From assembly GCF_000006765.1 (NCBI RefSeq), contig NC_002516.2: 64,000 bases of DNA; one strand, given 5' to 3'. Below the pieces are notes generated by a model, which was given only the letters and a program-made list of their open reading frames with translations, ran no database searches and was not told where the DNA came from. Shown here piece after piece: positions 39,128-48,832 of the stretch (position 1 is the first letter of the stretch; every line of letters begins with the position of its first letter). The stretch comes from Pseudomonas aeruginosa PAO1. Lineage in GTDB: Bacteria; Pseudomonadota; Gammaproteobacteria; Pseudomonadales; Pseudomonadaceae. Made by a program: the position numbers and the translations under genes.

Positions 39128-40069
39128 ATGTCAGAAGCCTTCAACCCCGATTACCTGCGCCAGCACCTGCGACCCTTGGCCGCGGCCGAGGCGGACGCCG
39201 CCGTCCTCGCCTACCAGGCCTACTACGGCCTGGACCTGCGCTCCCGCCATCCGCGCCTGCAAGCGCGGCTCGGCAGCATGGCGGTCGACGGGCGCCGCCT
39301 GGCGGTGCAGGCCTGGCTGCTGCCGGAAGCGCGCGGCAGCCTGTTGCTGATGCATGGCTATTACGACCACATGGGACTGTATCGGCACGTGGTCGACTGG
39401 GCGCTGGGCATGGGCTTCTCGGTGCTCGCCTGCGACCTGCCGGGGCATGGCCTGTCCGAAGGCGAGCGGGCCAGCATCCGCGACTTCGCCGAATACCAGG
39501 CGGTGTTCAAGGGCCTGCTGGGCCAGGCTGCCGAACTCGACCTGGCGGCGCCCTGGCACCTCTGCGGACAAAGCACCGGGGGGGCGATCCTGCTGGACTA
39601 CCTGCTGCACGGCGGCGAACGTCCCGAGCTGGGCGAGACGATTCTCCTGGCGCCGCTGGTGCGCCCGCGCGCCTGGGGCTGGTCGAAGCTCAGCTACCGC
39701 CTGCTGAGCCCCTTCGTCGACTCGATCCCGCGGCGCTTCTCGGAGAACTCCAGCGATCCGCAGTTCCTCGACTTCCTCCGCGAGCACGATCCGTTGCAGC
39801 CACGCACCCTGCCGACCGCCTGGGTCGGCGCGCTGACCCGCTGGGTGCCGCGCATCGAGCGGGCGCCTCGGCGTGCCCTGAGCCCTCTGGTGGTGCAGGG
39901 CGAGTCCGACGAGACGGTGGACTGGCGCCATGGCCTGAAGGTGCTGCGGGAGAAATTCGACGAGCCGCGGATACTGTTGCTGGAAGAGGCGCGCCATCAC
40001 CTGGCGAACGAAAGCGAGGGGCTGCGGCGGCGCTATTTCGATTTCCTGAGCGACGCGCTGGGGGCCTGA
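39128..40069 (+). CDS. alpha/beta hydrolase (lysophospholipase-like)
   Basis: LMHGYYDH, DLPGHGLS, nucleophile elbow GQSTGG, QGESD, RHHLANE. Confidence 0.9.
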   Translation: MSEAFNPDYLRQHLRPLAAAEADAAVLAYQAYYGLDLRSRHPRLQARLGSMAVDGRRLAVQAWLLPEARGSLLLMHGYYDHMGLYRHVVDWALGMGFSVLACDLPGHGLSEGERASIRDFAEYQAVFKGLLGQAAELDLAAPWHLCGQSTGGAILLDYLLHGGERPELGETILLAPLVRPRAWGWSKLSYRLLSPFVDSIPRRFSENSSDPQFLDFLREHDPLQPRTLPTAWVGALTRWVPRIERAPRRALSPLVVQGESDETVDWRHGLKVLREKFDEPRILLLEEARHHLANESEGLRRRYFDFLSDALGA

Positions 40070-40088
40070 GTACCAGGCCCCGCGGCGA

Positions 40089-40841
40089 TCAGGGGGCGAC
40101 CGCCTGGTCCACCGCCAGGCCGGCTTTCAGCGCGGCCAGGGCCGCCTGGTAGTAGCTGCGGCCGGCCGGCGACTCGGCGAAGTTCACGTACTGGGTGAGT
40201 TCCGCATCGGAGAGATCGCGGTAGACATACAGCAGGGTGTTCTCCAGGTCCGCGCCGATCTGCTGCACCAGGCGCTGGCGCTGGCCTTCCAGCAACTGGC
40301 CGGTCTGTCCGCCGCCAAGCAGGCCGGGGAGGCCCGGAAGCATCTGGCTGAGGCTGTCGGCGGCGACCCCGGCCAGGGCCAGGCTGACTTCCGCGCCGGC
40401 CTCTCGGGCCGGAAGGACCTGGGCCAGGCGCTTCACCAGGGCCCGGCGTGGCTCGCTGGCGGTCTGCCGCGGCAGGCCGTTGCTGTGCTGGAGCAACTGG
40501 TCGCGGCGGGTGGCGAGCACCTCGGCGGCGACCACCTTGCGCCCCAGCGGCGACTCGAAGAAATTCAGCGGGCTGGCGCTGTCCGGCAGGTTCTCGCGCA
40601 GGCCGTTGAGGGCGCGCTGGTCGACTTCGGCCGGGGCGAAGCGGCGATTGCTGTTGTCCACCAGGGTCTGGTAGAGCGCGGGCGGCAGCTTGTCCTGGTA
40701 GCGCTTCTGCGCCGCGTCCAGGGCATCGCTGAAATGCGCGCGCTGGTCGGGCCAGCCAGCGGCCTGGTACAGGCGTTGATAAGGGTCGGCCAGGGCGGGC
40801 AGACCAACCAGCAGTAAAGCGAAGGCGAGCAAAGCGCGCAT
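40089..40841 (-). CDS. secreted hypothetical protein (DUF2059-like)
   Basis: 250 aa; GGAG SD; signal peptide; FFESPLGRK and FAESPAGR repeats. Confidence 0.82.
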   Translation of the reverse strand: MRALLAFALLLVGLPALADPYQRLYQAAGWPDQRAHFSDALDAAQKRYQDKLPPALYQTLVDNSNRRFAPAEVDQRALNGLRENLPDSASPLNFFESPLGRKVVAAEVLATRRDQLLQHSNGLPRQTASEPRRALVKRLAQVLPAREAGAEVSLALAGVAADSLSQMLPGLPGLLGGGQTGQLLEGQRQRLVQQIGADLENTLLYVYRDLSDAELTQYVNFAESPAGRSYYQAALAALKAGLAVDQAVAP

Positions 40842-40958
40842 TGATACTCCTTTGGCGGCGAAAGCCTCGTCGTTCGGGTGGTGCCGTCCATGGGGCGCTA
40901 TTGTCGACATGCGGCGGACCGCTTGTCGAGACACCGGGGCGGCACGCTACAATGGACA

Positions 40959-41588
40959 ATGCACATCAACGTCAATCATCCCCTCCTGCATCGCATCGTC
41001 GATGAACTGGTCGACCAGGGCTGGTCGCACCAGAGCATCTTCATGCCTGAGCGTCTGACCACCAGATTGGCCGAAGAGTGCCGCACCCGTGCGGTCGCGG
41101 GCGACCTGACCCCGGCGGCGATCGGCCGCGGCGACGGCCAGGTGATCCGCGAAGGCATCCGCGGCGACCTCACGCAATGGCTGGAGCCCGGAGAATCCGA
41201 GGCCTGCGACGAATACCTGGGGGTGATGGACAGCTTGCGCCAGGCGCTCAACGCCTCGCTGTTCCTCGGCCTCGAGGATTTCGAGTGCCACTTCGCGCTG
41301 TACCCGCCGGGCGCCTATTACCAGAAGCATGTCGATCGTTTCCGCGACGACGACGCACGCACCGTCTCCGCGGTTCTCTACCTCAACGATGCCTGGTTGC
41401 CCGAGCATGGCGGCGCGCTGCGCCTGCACCTGCCGCAGCGGCAGGTGGACATCCAGCCGACGGGCGGTAGCCTGGTGGTGTTTATGTCCGCCGGCACCGA
41501 GCACGAAGTCCTGCCCGCCAGCCGCGACCGGCTGTCGCTGACCGGCTGGTTCCGCCGGCGCAACGAATCCCTCCTGCAACTCTCCTGA
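40959..41588 (+). CDS. 2OG-Fe(II) oxygenase, prolyl-4-hydroxylase (PPHD-like)
   Basis: IRGDLTQWL, YPPGAYYQKHVD (HxD), VLYLN, EHEV, RLSLTGW. Confidence 0.9.
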   Translation: MHINVNHPLLHRIVDELVDQGWSHQSIFMPERLTTRLAEECRTRAVAGDLTPAAIGRGDGQVIREGIRGDLTQWLEPGESEACDEYLGVMDSLRQALNASLFLGLEDFECHFALYPPGAYYQKHVDRFRDDDARTVSAVLYLNDAWLPEHGGALRLHLPQRQVDIQPTGGSLVVFMSAGTEHEVLPASRDRLSLTGWFRRRNESLLQLS

Positions 41589-41609
41589 ACCCTCGGCGGG
41601 GTCGCCGCC

Positions 41610-42164
41610 TCAGTGACCCCAGACCTTGATCGTGCCGCGCAGGTCGGTGATGTCGCGCAGTTCGATGCGGCCGATCGAGTTGTCGCCGATGTACAGGTCG
41701 CTGGCCACCCGCAGGCGGATGCGCTGCGCCGGCAGGCCGCTGGCGATCAACTGGTCGTTGATGGTGGCGAGGTCCGGCAGGCTGATCGCCAGTTGCTGCC
41801 CGCCGCCGCTGCCGGTGGTCACGTCCAGTGCCAGGGTCGGCTGCTCGACGCCGAAGATCGGCAGGCTCAGGCCGAGCTGGGCGGCGCCCAGGGGGATGTT
41901 GCCGCCGCGCCCGTCCGGGCAGTCGCCGGCCTTCACGCAGCCGTTGTCGATCACCAGGTTGCGCAGCGAGAGGCTGCCGCCGTCGTCCACCCAGGCGACC
42001 CTGGCCGCGCCGGCGCGCAGGTCCAGGCGCAGGCTGATGCCGGCCTGGCCGGTGACCTGGCTGAGACTGTCGTTGTCCAGGGCCTCCATGGCCGCCTGGC
42101 TGGCAGCGCTGGCGAGCAGCGCGGGGGCCAGGAAAAACGGTAGAAGCGAGCGGGTCGGGAGCAT
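41610..42164 (-). CDS. secreted DUF6160/FilA-like protein
   Basis: signal peptide then AMEALDNDSLSQVTGQAGI; Cys pair CVKAGDC; ends IKVWGH. Confidence 0.75.
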   Translation of the reverse strand: MLPTRSLLPFFLAPALLASAASQAAMEALDNDSLSQVTGQAGISLRLDLRAGAARVAWVDDGGSLSLRNLVIDNGCVKAGDCPDGRGGNIPLGAAQLGLSLPIFGVEQPTLALDVTTGSGGGQQLAISLPDLATINDQLIASGLPAQRIRLRVASDLYIGDNSIGRIELRDITDLRGTIKVWGH

Positions 42165-42429
42165 GACGGGCGGGTCCTTCGCGGTTGCGCGGGAAGCCAG
42201 TCTGCTCGGGGCGGCGGAGGTTCGCCATGGGCCGCCCGCAGTTCTATCCTAAGGATCGGCAAGAAATAGCCCTGGTCCCCGCCATACGGGCGCTGGAGCG
42301 CTACCGCGAGGCCTAACTCCGGTTGGGTCGAGGGCGGGTTTCCCCGGTGCTTCCCGGCTACTGTTACCGGGCGTGACCATCGGTGAGCGGCAGGCTACTC
42401 TGTGTGCCTGTCAAAGGGGTGGAGCATCC

Positions 42430-42924
42430 ATGCAGAAGGTTCTGGTCAGCCGTTGCCTGCTGGGCCACCTGGTGCGCTACGACGGTGGCAGCCATGGCCC
42501 GTTCGACCTGCTCTCGCGCTGGCATGCGCAGGGGCGGATCGTCGCCCTTTGCCCGGAGGTCGCCGGCGGCCTGCCGACGCCCCGCCCGCCAGCGGAGATC
42601 CCCGGCGGCCAGGGCGGCGAAGTGCTGGACCGGCTGAACCGGGTCTTCACCGTCGACGGCGAGGATGTCAGCGAAGCATTCCTGCTGGGTGCGGAGGCGG
42701 CAGTGGAGCTGGTCCGCCGCCATGACATCCGGATGGCCGTGCTCAAGGCGCGCAGTCCGTCCTGCGGCAACCTGGAGAACTACGACGGGCGCTTCAACGG
42801 CAACCGGGTCGCCGGCGAGGGCGTTACCGCCGCCGCCCTCAAGCGCATGGGCGTGCTGGTATTCAACGAGGATGAACTGGACCGCGCCGCGGTCTGCCTG
42901 GCCGGCCTCGACGCCGGCGGCTGA
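42430..42924 (+). CDS. DUF523/TudS-family thiouracil desulfidase-like Fe-S protein
   Basis: SRCLLGHLVRYDG, CPEVAGG, KARSPSCG, GEGVTAAAL. Confidence 0.88.
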   Translation: MQKVLVSRCLLGHLVRYDGGSHGPFDLLSRWHAQGRIVALCPEVAGGLPTPRPPAEIPGGQGGEVLDRLNRVFTVDGEDVSEAFLLGAEAAVELVRRHDIRMAVLKARSPSCGNLENYDGRFNGNRVAGEGVTAAALKRMGVLVFNEDELDRAAVCLAGLDAGG

Positions 42925-42926
42925 AC

Positions 42927-43619
42927 TCAGCGCCGCAGCGGCGCGGTCAGGCGGTTCTCCAGGGCTTTCTGCACACGCTCGAAGAGTGCCGAAAGCAGCC
43001 AGTAGATCCCGGCGGCGGCGAGATAGAGCGGCAGCGGCTGGAAGGTCTCGGCGATGACCTCCTTGGTCGCCAGCATCAGTTCGGTCACGGTGATCACGGA
43101 GATCAGCGAGGTGTCCTTGATCAGGCTGATCAGGCTGTTCGACAGGCTCGGCACCGCCAGGCGCAGGGCCTGCGGGGTGATGATGTTCCACAGGGTCTGG
43201 CCCCAGGTCAGGCCGACCGAGAGCCCGGCTTCCCATTGTCCCTTGTCGATGCCGAGGATCGCCCCGCGCATGGACTCCGAGAGATAGGCCGCGACATTCA
43301 GGGTCAGCGCCAGGATGCCCGCGGTGACCGGGGTGAACTCGATGCCTACGCTCGGCAGCCCGTAGTACAGGACGAAGATCTGCACCAGCAGTGGCGTCCC
43401 GCGGAAGGCGCTGACGTAGACCGCGGCGATCTGCGAGACCACCGGCACCTTGGTCACCCGGACCACCGCGACGCTGAAGCCGAGGATCAGGCCCAGGACC
43501 ATCGATACCGCGGCGAACAGCACGGTATACATCGCGCCCTGGAGCAGGAAGGGCCAGGCCATCCCGAGCAGCTCGACCAGGTTGGCGAGCCATTCGAGCA
43601 ATTTCTGCAGCGAATTCAT
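42927..43619 (-). CDS. cystine/polar amino acid ABC permease (TcyL/YecS-like)
   Basis: FRGTPLLVQIF, AAYLSESMRG, GQWEAG, IKDTSL. Confidence 0.92.
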   Translation of the reverse strand: MNSLQKLLEWLANLVELLGMAWPFLLQGAMYTVLFAAVSMVLGLILGFSVAVVRVTKVPVVSQIAAVYVSAFRGTPLLVQIFVLYYGLPSVGIEFTPVTAGILALTLNVAAYLSESMRGAILGIDKGQWEAGLSVGLTWGQTLWNIITPQALRLAVPSLSNSLISLIKDTSLISVITVTELMLATKEVIAETFQPLPLYLAAAGIYWLLSALFERVQKALENRLTAPLRR

Positions 43620-43690
43620 TCAACACTCCATCGACAAACACGACGGCCGCGTCTCTCGGGCGCGGCCGCTTCCCCCGTTCGGGCGGGAAC

Positions 43691-44461
43691 TCACTTCGGC
43701 GGCTGGCTGACGTCCAGGCCGAACCACTTTTCCGAGAGCTTGGCGAAGCGGCCGTCGGCCTTGATCTTCTCCAGCGCCGCGTTCAGCGCCTCGCCGAACT
43801 TCGGATTGTTCTTCCGGTAGGGAATCGCCATGTTCGCCACCGGTCCCACCGCCGCGCCGGGCTTGACCGGCAGCTTGGCCTCGCGGATGGCGAAGGGGAT
43901 CAGCAGGCGGTCGTTGAGCGCCGCGTCGATGCGTTTGCTGGCCAGGTCCTGCAGGTATTCCGGGGCGCCCGGATAGGTGCGCACGTTGACGCCGGCCACC
44001 GACTTCGCCAGGTCGGCGTAGTTGGTGCCCTGGCCGACGCCGAGCTTGAGGCCCTTGAGGTCTTCCAGCGACTTGAACTGGCGGGTTTCGTCGGCGCGCA
44101 CGATCAACTGGGCGCTGGAGATGGTGTATGGCTCGCTGAAGTCGAAGACCTTGCGCCGCTGCTCGTTCACCGAGACCTGGTTCAGCGCGATGTCGTACTT
44201 GCCGCTCTGCAGGCCGGCGAGGATGCCGCTCCATTCGGTGGTGACGAATTCAGGCTTGACCGCCAGTTCGGCGGCCAGCAGTTCGCCCAGTTCGGTCTCG
44301 AAGCCGGTGAGCTTGCCACCCTGCTTGAAGTTGAACGGCGGATAGGTGCCCTCCAGGGCGATGCGCAGGGCGCCGCGCTGGTGGACGTCGTCGAGCAGCT
44401 CGGCATGGGCCAGCGGAGCGGCCAGGGATACCAGCATCAGCAGGCGGGGCAGAAATCGCAT
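43691..44461 (-). CDS. cystine/polar amino acid ABC binding protein (TcyJ/FliY-like)
   Basis: 256 aa from MRFLPR; LEGTYPPFNF, LQSGKYD, FDFSEPY. Confidence 0.92.
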   Translation of the reverse strand: MRFLPRLLMLVSLAAPLAHAELLDDVHQRGALRIALEGTYPPFNFKQGGKLTGFETELGELLAAELAVKPEFVTTEWSGILAGLQSGKYDIALNQVSVNEQRRKVFDFSEPYTISSAQLIVRADETRQFKSLEDLKGLKLGVGQGTNYADLAKSVAGVNVRTYPGAPEYLQDLASKRIDAALNDRLLIPFAIREAKLPVKPGAAVGPVANMAIPYRKNNPKFGEALNAALEKIKADGRFAKLSEKWFGLDVSQPPK

Positions 44462-44753
44462 GTAGTACTCCTCGGGTGGGAATGAACGTCGGTCGGGCCT
44501 ATGCTGTTCGTTCAGCTTAGCCGGGCCCGCGTCCTGGACAATCGCGAACCTACTGGGTTGCATGCGGTCTTTCCAGGGGTTGCGGGCATTGACCCGGATT
44601 ATGTGCGCGAGCGCCGCTCTAACACGGGCTTCGCAGTGGAAATCGCTGTGCCAGCGATGCCTTTCCCTGATTCGGAAGGCACGAAGAGTGCCGGGGAAAT
44701 TCCGTCCAGTGGTGTTTCCCGGGTGCTAACGGAAGTGAAAACAGGAGACTCCC

Positions 44754-45191
44754 ATGAGAGTGACATTGCCTTGCCTCGGTCTAGCCGCCCTGATGTTCGG
44801 CGCATCCGCCAGCCTGATGGCTGCCGACCTGCCCCGGACGAAGGCGCCCGAAGGGGCGAAAGTGTATTTCATCACGCCGGCCGATGGTGCAACCGTCGAC
44901 AAGACCTTCACCGTGAAATTCGGCCTGAAAGGCATGGGCGTGGCGCCGGCCGGCGTCGACATGCCGGATACCGGCCACCATCACCTGTTGGTGGACCTGA
45001 AGGAGCAGCCGGCGATGAACCTGCCGCTGCCGATGACCGACAACATCCGCCACTTCGGCAAGGGCCAGACCGAAACCGAGATCACCCTGCCGCCGGGCAA
45101 GCACACCCTGCAACTGCTGGTGGGCGACAAGAACCACGTGCCGCTGGAGCCGACCGTGGAGTCGGAGAAGATCACCGTTACCGTCAAGTGA
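44754..45191 (+). CDS. secreted DUF4399-family protein
   Basis: signal peptide; VYFITPADG, TGHHHLLVD, HFGKGQTE, PGKHTLQL. Confidence 0.85.
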   Translation: MRVTLPCLGLAALMFGASASLMAADLPRTKAPEGAKVYFITPADGATVDKTFTVKFGLKGMGVAPAGVDMPDTGHHHLLVDLKEQPAMNLPLPMTDNIRHFGKGQTETEITLPPGKHTLQLLVGDKNHVPLEPTVESEKITVTVK

Positions 45192-45201
45192 CGGAAACGA
45201 A

Positions 45202-45227
45202 AAAAGGAGGCCGCTGGGCCTCCTTTT
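45202..45227. terminator. bidirectional intrinsic terminator
   Basis: AAAAGGAGGCC-GCTG-GGCCTCCTTTT. Confidence 0.9.
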
Positions 45228-45247
45228 CCTTTCCGCCGGACGCTGCC

Positions 45248-46477
45248 TTAGAACAGCACGCGGCTACGGATGGTACCGTTGACCTGCTGGAGTTTCTCCA
45301 GGGCCAGGTCCGAGTACTCGGCATCGACGTCGATCACTACGTAGCCGACCTTCTCGTTGGTTTGCAGGTACTGGCCGGAAACGTTGATGCCGTTGTCGGC
45401 GAAGACCTTGTTGATCTCGCTCATCACGCCGGGGATGTTGGCGTGGATGTGCAGCAGGCGGTGCTTGCCTGGGTGCGACGGCAGGGCCACTTCGGGGAAG
45501 TTGACCGAGGACACCGAGGTGCCGTTGTCGCTGTACTTGACCAGCTTCTCCGCCACTTCCAGGCCGATGTTGGCCTGTGCCTCGGCGGTGGAGCCGCCGA
45601 TGTGCGGGGTCAGGATCACCCGGTCCAGGCCACGCAGCGGGCTGGCGAATTCCTCGTCGTTGGATTTCGGCTCGACCGGGAACACGTCGATGGCGGCGCC
45701 GATCAGGTGCTCGTCCTTGATCGCGGCGGCCAGGTGGTCCAGCTCGACCACTGTGCCGCGCGCGGCGTTGATCAGGATGCCGCCCTTCTTCATCGCGCGG
45801 ATTTCCTTCTCGCCGATCATCCACTGGGTGGAGGGCAGTTCGGGAACGTGCAGCGAGACGATGTCGGACATGCCCAGCAGCTCGTGCAGGCTGCCGATCT
45901 GCACCGCGTTGCCCAGCGGCAGCTTGGTCACGGTGTCGTAGAAGAACACCTGCATGCCCAGGGCCTCGGCGAGTACCGAGAGCTGGGTGCCGATCGAGCC
46001 GTAGCCGACGATGCCGAGCTTCTTGCCACGGATCTCGAAGGAATTCGCCGCGCTCTTGATCCAGCCGCCGCGATGGCAGGAGGCGTTCTTTTCCGGGATG
46101 CCGCGCAGCAGCAGGATCGCCTCGGCCAGTACCAGCTCAGCCACAGAGCGGGTGTTCGAGTAGGGCGCGTTGAACACGGCGATACCGCGTTCGCGGGCGG
46201 CGTTGAGGTCGACCTGGTTGGTGCCGATGCAGAAGCAGCCGACCGCGATCAGTTTCTTCGCGCAGTCGAAGACCTCTTCGGTCAGCTGGGTGCGGGAGCG
46301 AATGCCGATGAAGTGCGCATCGGCGATCCTTTCCTTCAGCTCGTCGCCGGAAAGCGCGGTCTTGAGGTACTCGATGTTGGTGTAGCCGGCGGCCTTCAGC
46401 GTGTCCACGGCGTTCTGGTGGACACCTTCGAGAAGAAGGAACTTGATCTTGCTCTTGTCGAGAGAGGTCTTGCTCAT
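45248..46477 (-). CDS. serA: D-3-phosphoglycerate dehydrogenase
   Basis: GIRSRT, CIGTNQVD, GIVGYGSIG, TPHIGGST, C-terminal ACT domain. Confidence 0.98.
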   Translation of the reverse strand: MSKTSLDKSKIKFLLLEGVHQNAVDTLKAAGYTNIEYLKTALSGDELKERIADAHFIGIRSRTQLTEEVFDCAKKLIAVGCFCIGTNQVDLNAARERGIAVFNAPYSNTRSVAELVLAEAILLLRGIPEKNASCHRGGWIKSAANSFEIRGKKLGIVGYGSIGTQLSVLAEALGMQVFFYDTVTKLPLGNAVQIGSLHELLGMSDIVSLHVPELPSTQWMIGEKEIRAMKKGGILINAARGTVVELDHLAAAIKDEHLIGAAIDVFPVEPKSNDEEFASPLRGLDRVILTPHIGGSTAEAQANIGLEVAEKLVKYSDNGTSVSSVNFPEVALPSHPGKHRLLHIHANIPGVMSEINKVFADNGINVSGQYLQTNEKVGYVVIDVDAEYSDLALEKLQQVNGTIRSRVLF

Positions 46478-46680
46478 CTGCGTAAACCTGTTGTCCCGGA
46501 GGAAGTGGCTGGAAAGCGAACTGCGCGAAGCGGGTCCGGCCGGCGCTGGCCGGCACCCGCAACTCGGCGCCCAGAGGCACTAAGCGCGGGGGGCGTATGC
46601 TAGCATGTTCTCCCTTTTCCTTGCCCGGTTGCGACCTGAGTTGTTCTCAGGACGACCATGAATCATTTGAGAGTTCCCGA

Positions 46681-48075
46681 ATGACCCGCGAAGCCCTGAT
46701 CGAATCGCTCAAGCCCCTGGTCGAGCCTGGCAAGCTGCTCGACGACGCCGCCTCCCTGGACGCCTACGGCAAGGACTGGACCAAGCATTTCGCCCCTGCG
46801 CCGCTGGCCATCGTGTTCCCCAAGAGCGTCGAGCAGGTCCAGGCGATCGTCCGCTGGGCCAACCAGCACAAGGTCGGTCTGGTCCCGTCGGGCGGTCGTA
46901 CCGGGCTCTCCGCCGCGGCCGTGGCGGCCAACGGCGAAGTCGTGGTGGCCTTCGACTACATGAACCGGATACTCGACTTCAATGCCTTCGACCGCACCGT
47001 AGTCTGCCAGCCGGGCGTGGTTACCAAGCAACTGCAGACCTTCGCCGAGGAAAACGGCCTGTACTACCCGGTTGACTTCGCTTCTTCCGGTTCCAGCCAG
47101 ATCGGCGGCAATATCGGCACCAATGCCGGCGGGATCAAGGTCATTCGCTACGGCATGACCCGTAACTGGGTGGCCGGGATGAAGGTCGTCACCGGCAAGG
47201 GCGACCTGCTCGAGCTGAACAAGGACCTGATCAAGAACGCCACCGGCTACGACATGCGCCAGCTGTTCATCGGCGCCGAAGGCACCCTGGGCTTCGTGGT
47301 CGAGGCGACCATGCGTCTGGAGCGCACGCCGAAGAACCTCACCGCTATGGTCCTCGGCACGCCCGACTTCGACTCGATCATGCCGGTGCTGCATGCCTTC
47401 CAGAGCAAGCTCGACCTGACCGCCTTCGAGTTCTTCTCCGACAAGGCCCTGGCCAAGGTCCTGGCCCGTGGCGATGTACCACGGGCGTTCGAGACCGACT
47501 GCCCGTTCTACGCCCTGCTGGAGTTCGAGGCGACCACCGAGGAAGTCGCCAACGAGGCGCTGGCCACCTTCGAGCACTGCGTCGAGCAGGGCTGGGTGCT
47601 GGACGGGGTGATGAGCCAGAGCGAGCAGCAGTTGCAGAACCTGTGGAAGCTGCGCGAGTACATCTCCGAGACCATCTCCCACTGGACGCCGTACAAGAAC
47701 GACATCTCGGTCACGGTTTCCCGGGTGCCCGCCTTCCTCAAGGACATCGACGCCATCGTCGAGGCCAACTACCCGGACTTCGAGGTGGTGTGGTTCGGCC
47801 ACATCGGCGACGGCAACCTGCACCTGAACATCCTCAAGCCGGAAAACCTCGGCAAGGACGAGTTCTTCGCCAAGTGCGCGACCGTCAACAAGTGGGTGTT
47901 CGAGACCGTCGAGAAGTACAACGGCTCGATTTCCGCCGAGCATGGCGTGGGCATGACCAAGCGCGACTACTTGACCTACACCCGCTCGGAAACCGAAATT
48001 GCCTATATGAAGGCACTGAAGGCGGTGTTCGACCCCAACGGGATCATGAATCCCGGCAAGATCTTCGCCGAGTAG
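46681..48075 (+). CDS. FAD-dependent D-2-hydroxyglutarate dehydrogenase
   Basis: GGRTGLS, GGNIGTNAGG, IGAEGTLG, GHIGDGNLH, SAEHGVG, DPNGIMNPGK; divergent from serA. Confidence 0.9.
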   Translation: MTREALIESLKPLVEPGKLLDDAASLDAYGKDWTKHFAPAPLAIVFPKSVEQVQAIVRWANQHKVGLVPSGGRTGLSAAAVAANGEVVVAFDYMNRILDFNAFDRTVVCQPGVVTKQLQTFAEENGLYYPVDFASSGSSQIGGNIGTNAGGIKVIRYGMTRNWVAGMKVVTGKGDLLELNKDLIKNATGYDMRQLFIGAEGTLGFVVEATMRLERTPKNLTAMVLGTPDFDSIMPVLHAFQSKLDLTAFEFFSDKALAKVLARGDVPRAFETDCPFYALLEFEATTEEVANEALATFEHCVEQGWVLDGVMSQSEQQLQNLWKLREYISETISHWTPYKNDISVTVSRVPAFLKDIDAIVEANYPDFEVVWFGHIGDGNLHLNILKPENLGKDEFFAKCATVNKWVFETVEKYNGSISAEHGVGMTKRDYLTYTRSETEIAYMKALKAVFDPNGIMNPGKIFAE

Positions 48076-48166
48076 CAGGTGTCGCAACGCAGAGGGCCGG
48101 TCATCCGGCCCTTCTCGTCTGTGGCGGGCGCCACGGATGCCTTTCCACCCGTTCAGGAGTCGGTAA

Positions 48167-48832
48167 ATGAGTTACCAGCATCAATATATCGACGGCACCC
48201 CGATCCACTTCCCCCTGGGCAAGCTGGTCTGCGTCGGGCGCAACTACGCCGAACACGCCAAGGAACTGAACAACCCGGTTCCCACCGAGCCGCTGCTGTT
48301 CATCAAGCCCGGCTCCTGCGTGGTGCCGGTGAGCGGCGGGCTGAGCCTGCCGCAGGAGCGCGGCTCGGTACACTACGAGGCGGAAATCGCCGTGCTGATC
48401 GGCAAGCCGCTGTCGCGCAAGCCGAACCGCGAGGAGGTCCTCGACGCGATCTCCGGCTATGCGCCGGCGCTGGACCTGACCTTGCGCGAGGTCCAGGCGA
48501 AACTGAAGGAAAAGGGCCTGCCCTGGGAGCTGGCAAAGAGCTTCGATGGCGCCGGCGTGCTGTCGCCGTTCGTGAACGCCGACCAGTTTCCCGACCCGAC
48601 CGACATCGGCATCCGCCTGACCATCAACGGCGAGGTGCGCCAGGACGGCAACAGCCGCGACATGCTCAATCCGATCGTGCCGCTGATCCAGCACATCGCC
48701 GGGCATTTCTCGCTACAGGCCGGCGATGTGGTGCTGACCGGCACGCCGTCCGGGGTCGGGCCGCTGAACAGCGGCGACGAGTTGCTGCTCGAATTGCCGG
48801 GCGCCAGCCGTTTCGAGACCCGCGTGCTCTGA
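48167..48832 (+). CDS. fumarylacetoacetate hydrolase-family protein
   Basis: CVGRNYAEH, FIKP, HYEAE, KSFD, LTGTPSGVG. Confidence 0.93.
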   Translation: MSYQHQYIDGTPIHFPLGKLVCVGRNYAEHAKELNNPVPTEPLLFIKPGSCVVPVSGGLSLPQERGSVHYEAEIAVLIGKPLSRKPNREEVLDAISGYAPALDLTLREVQAKLKEKGLPWELAKSFDGAGVLSPFVNADQFPDPTDIGIRLTINGEVRQDGNSRDMLNPIVPLIQHIAGHFSLQAGDVVLTGTPSGVGPLNSGDELLLELPGASRFETRVL

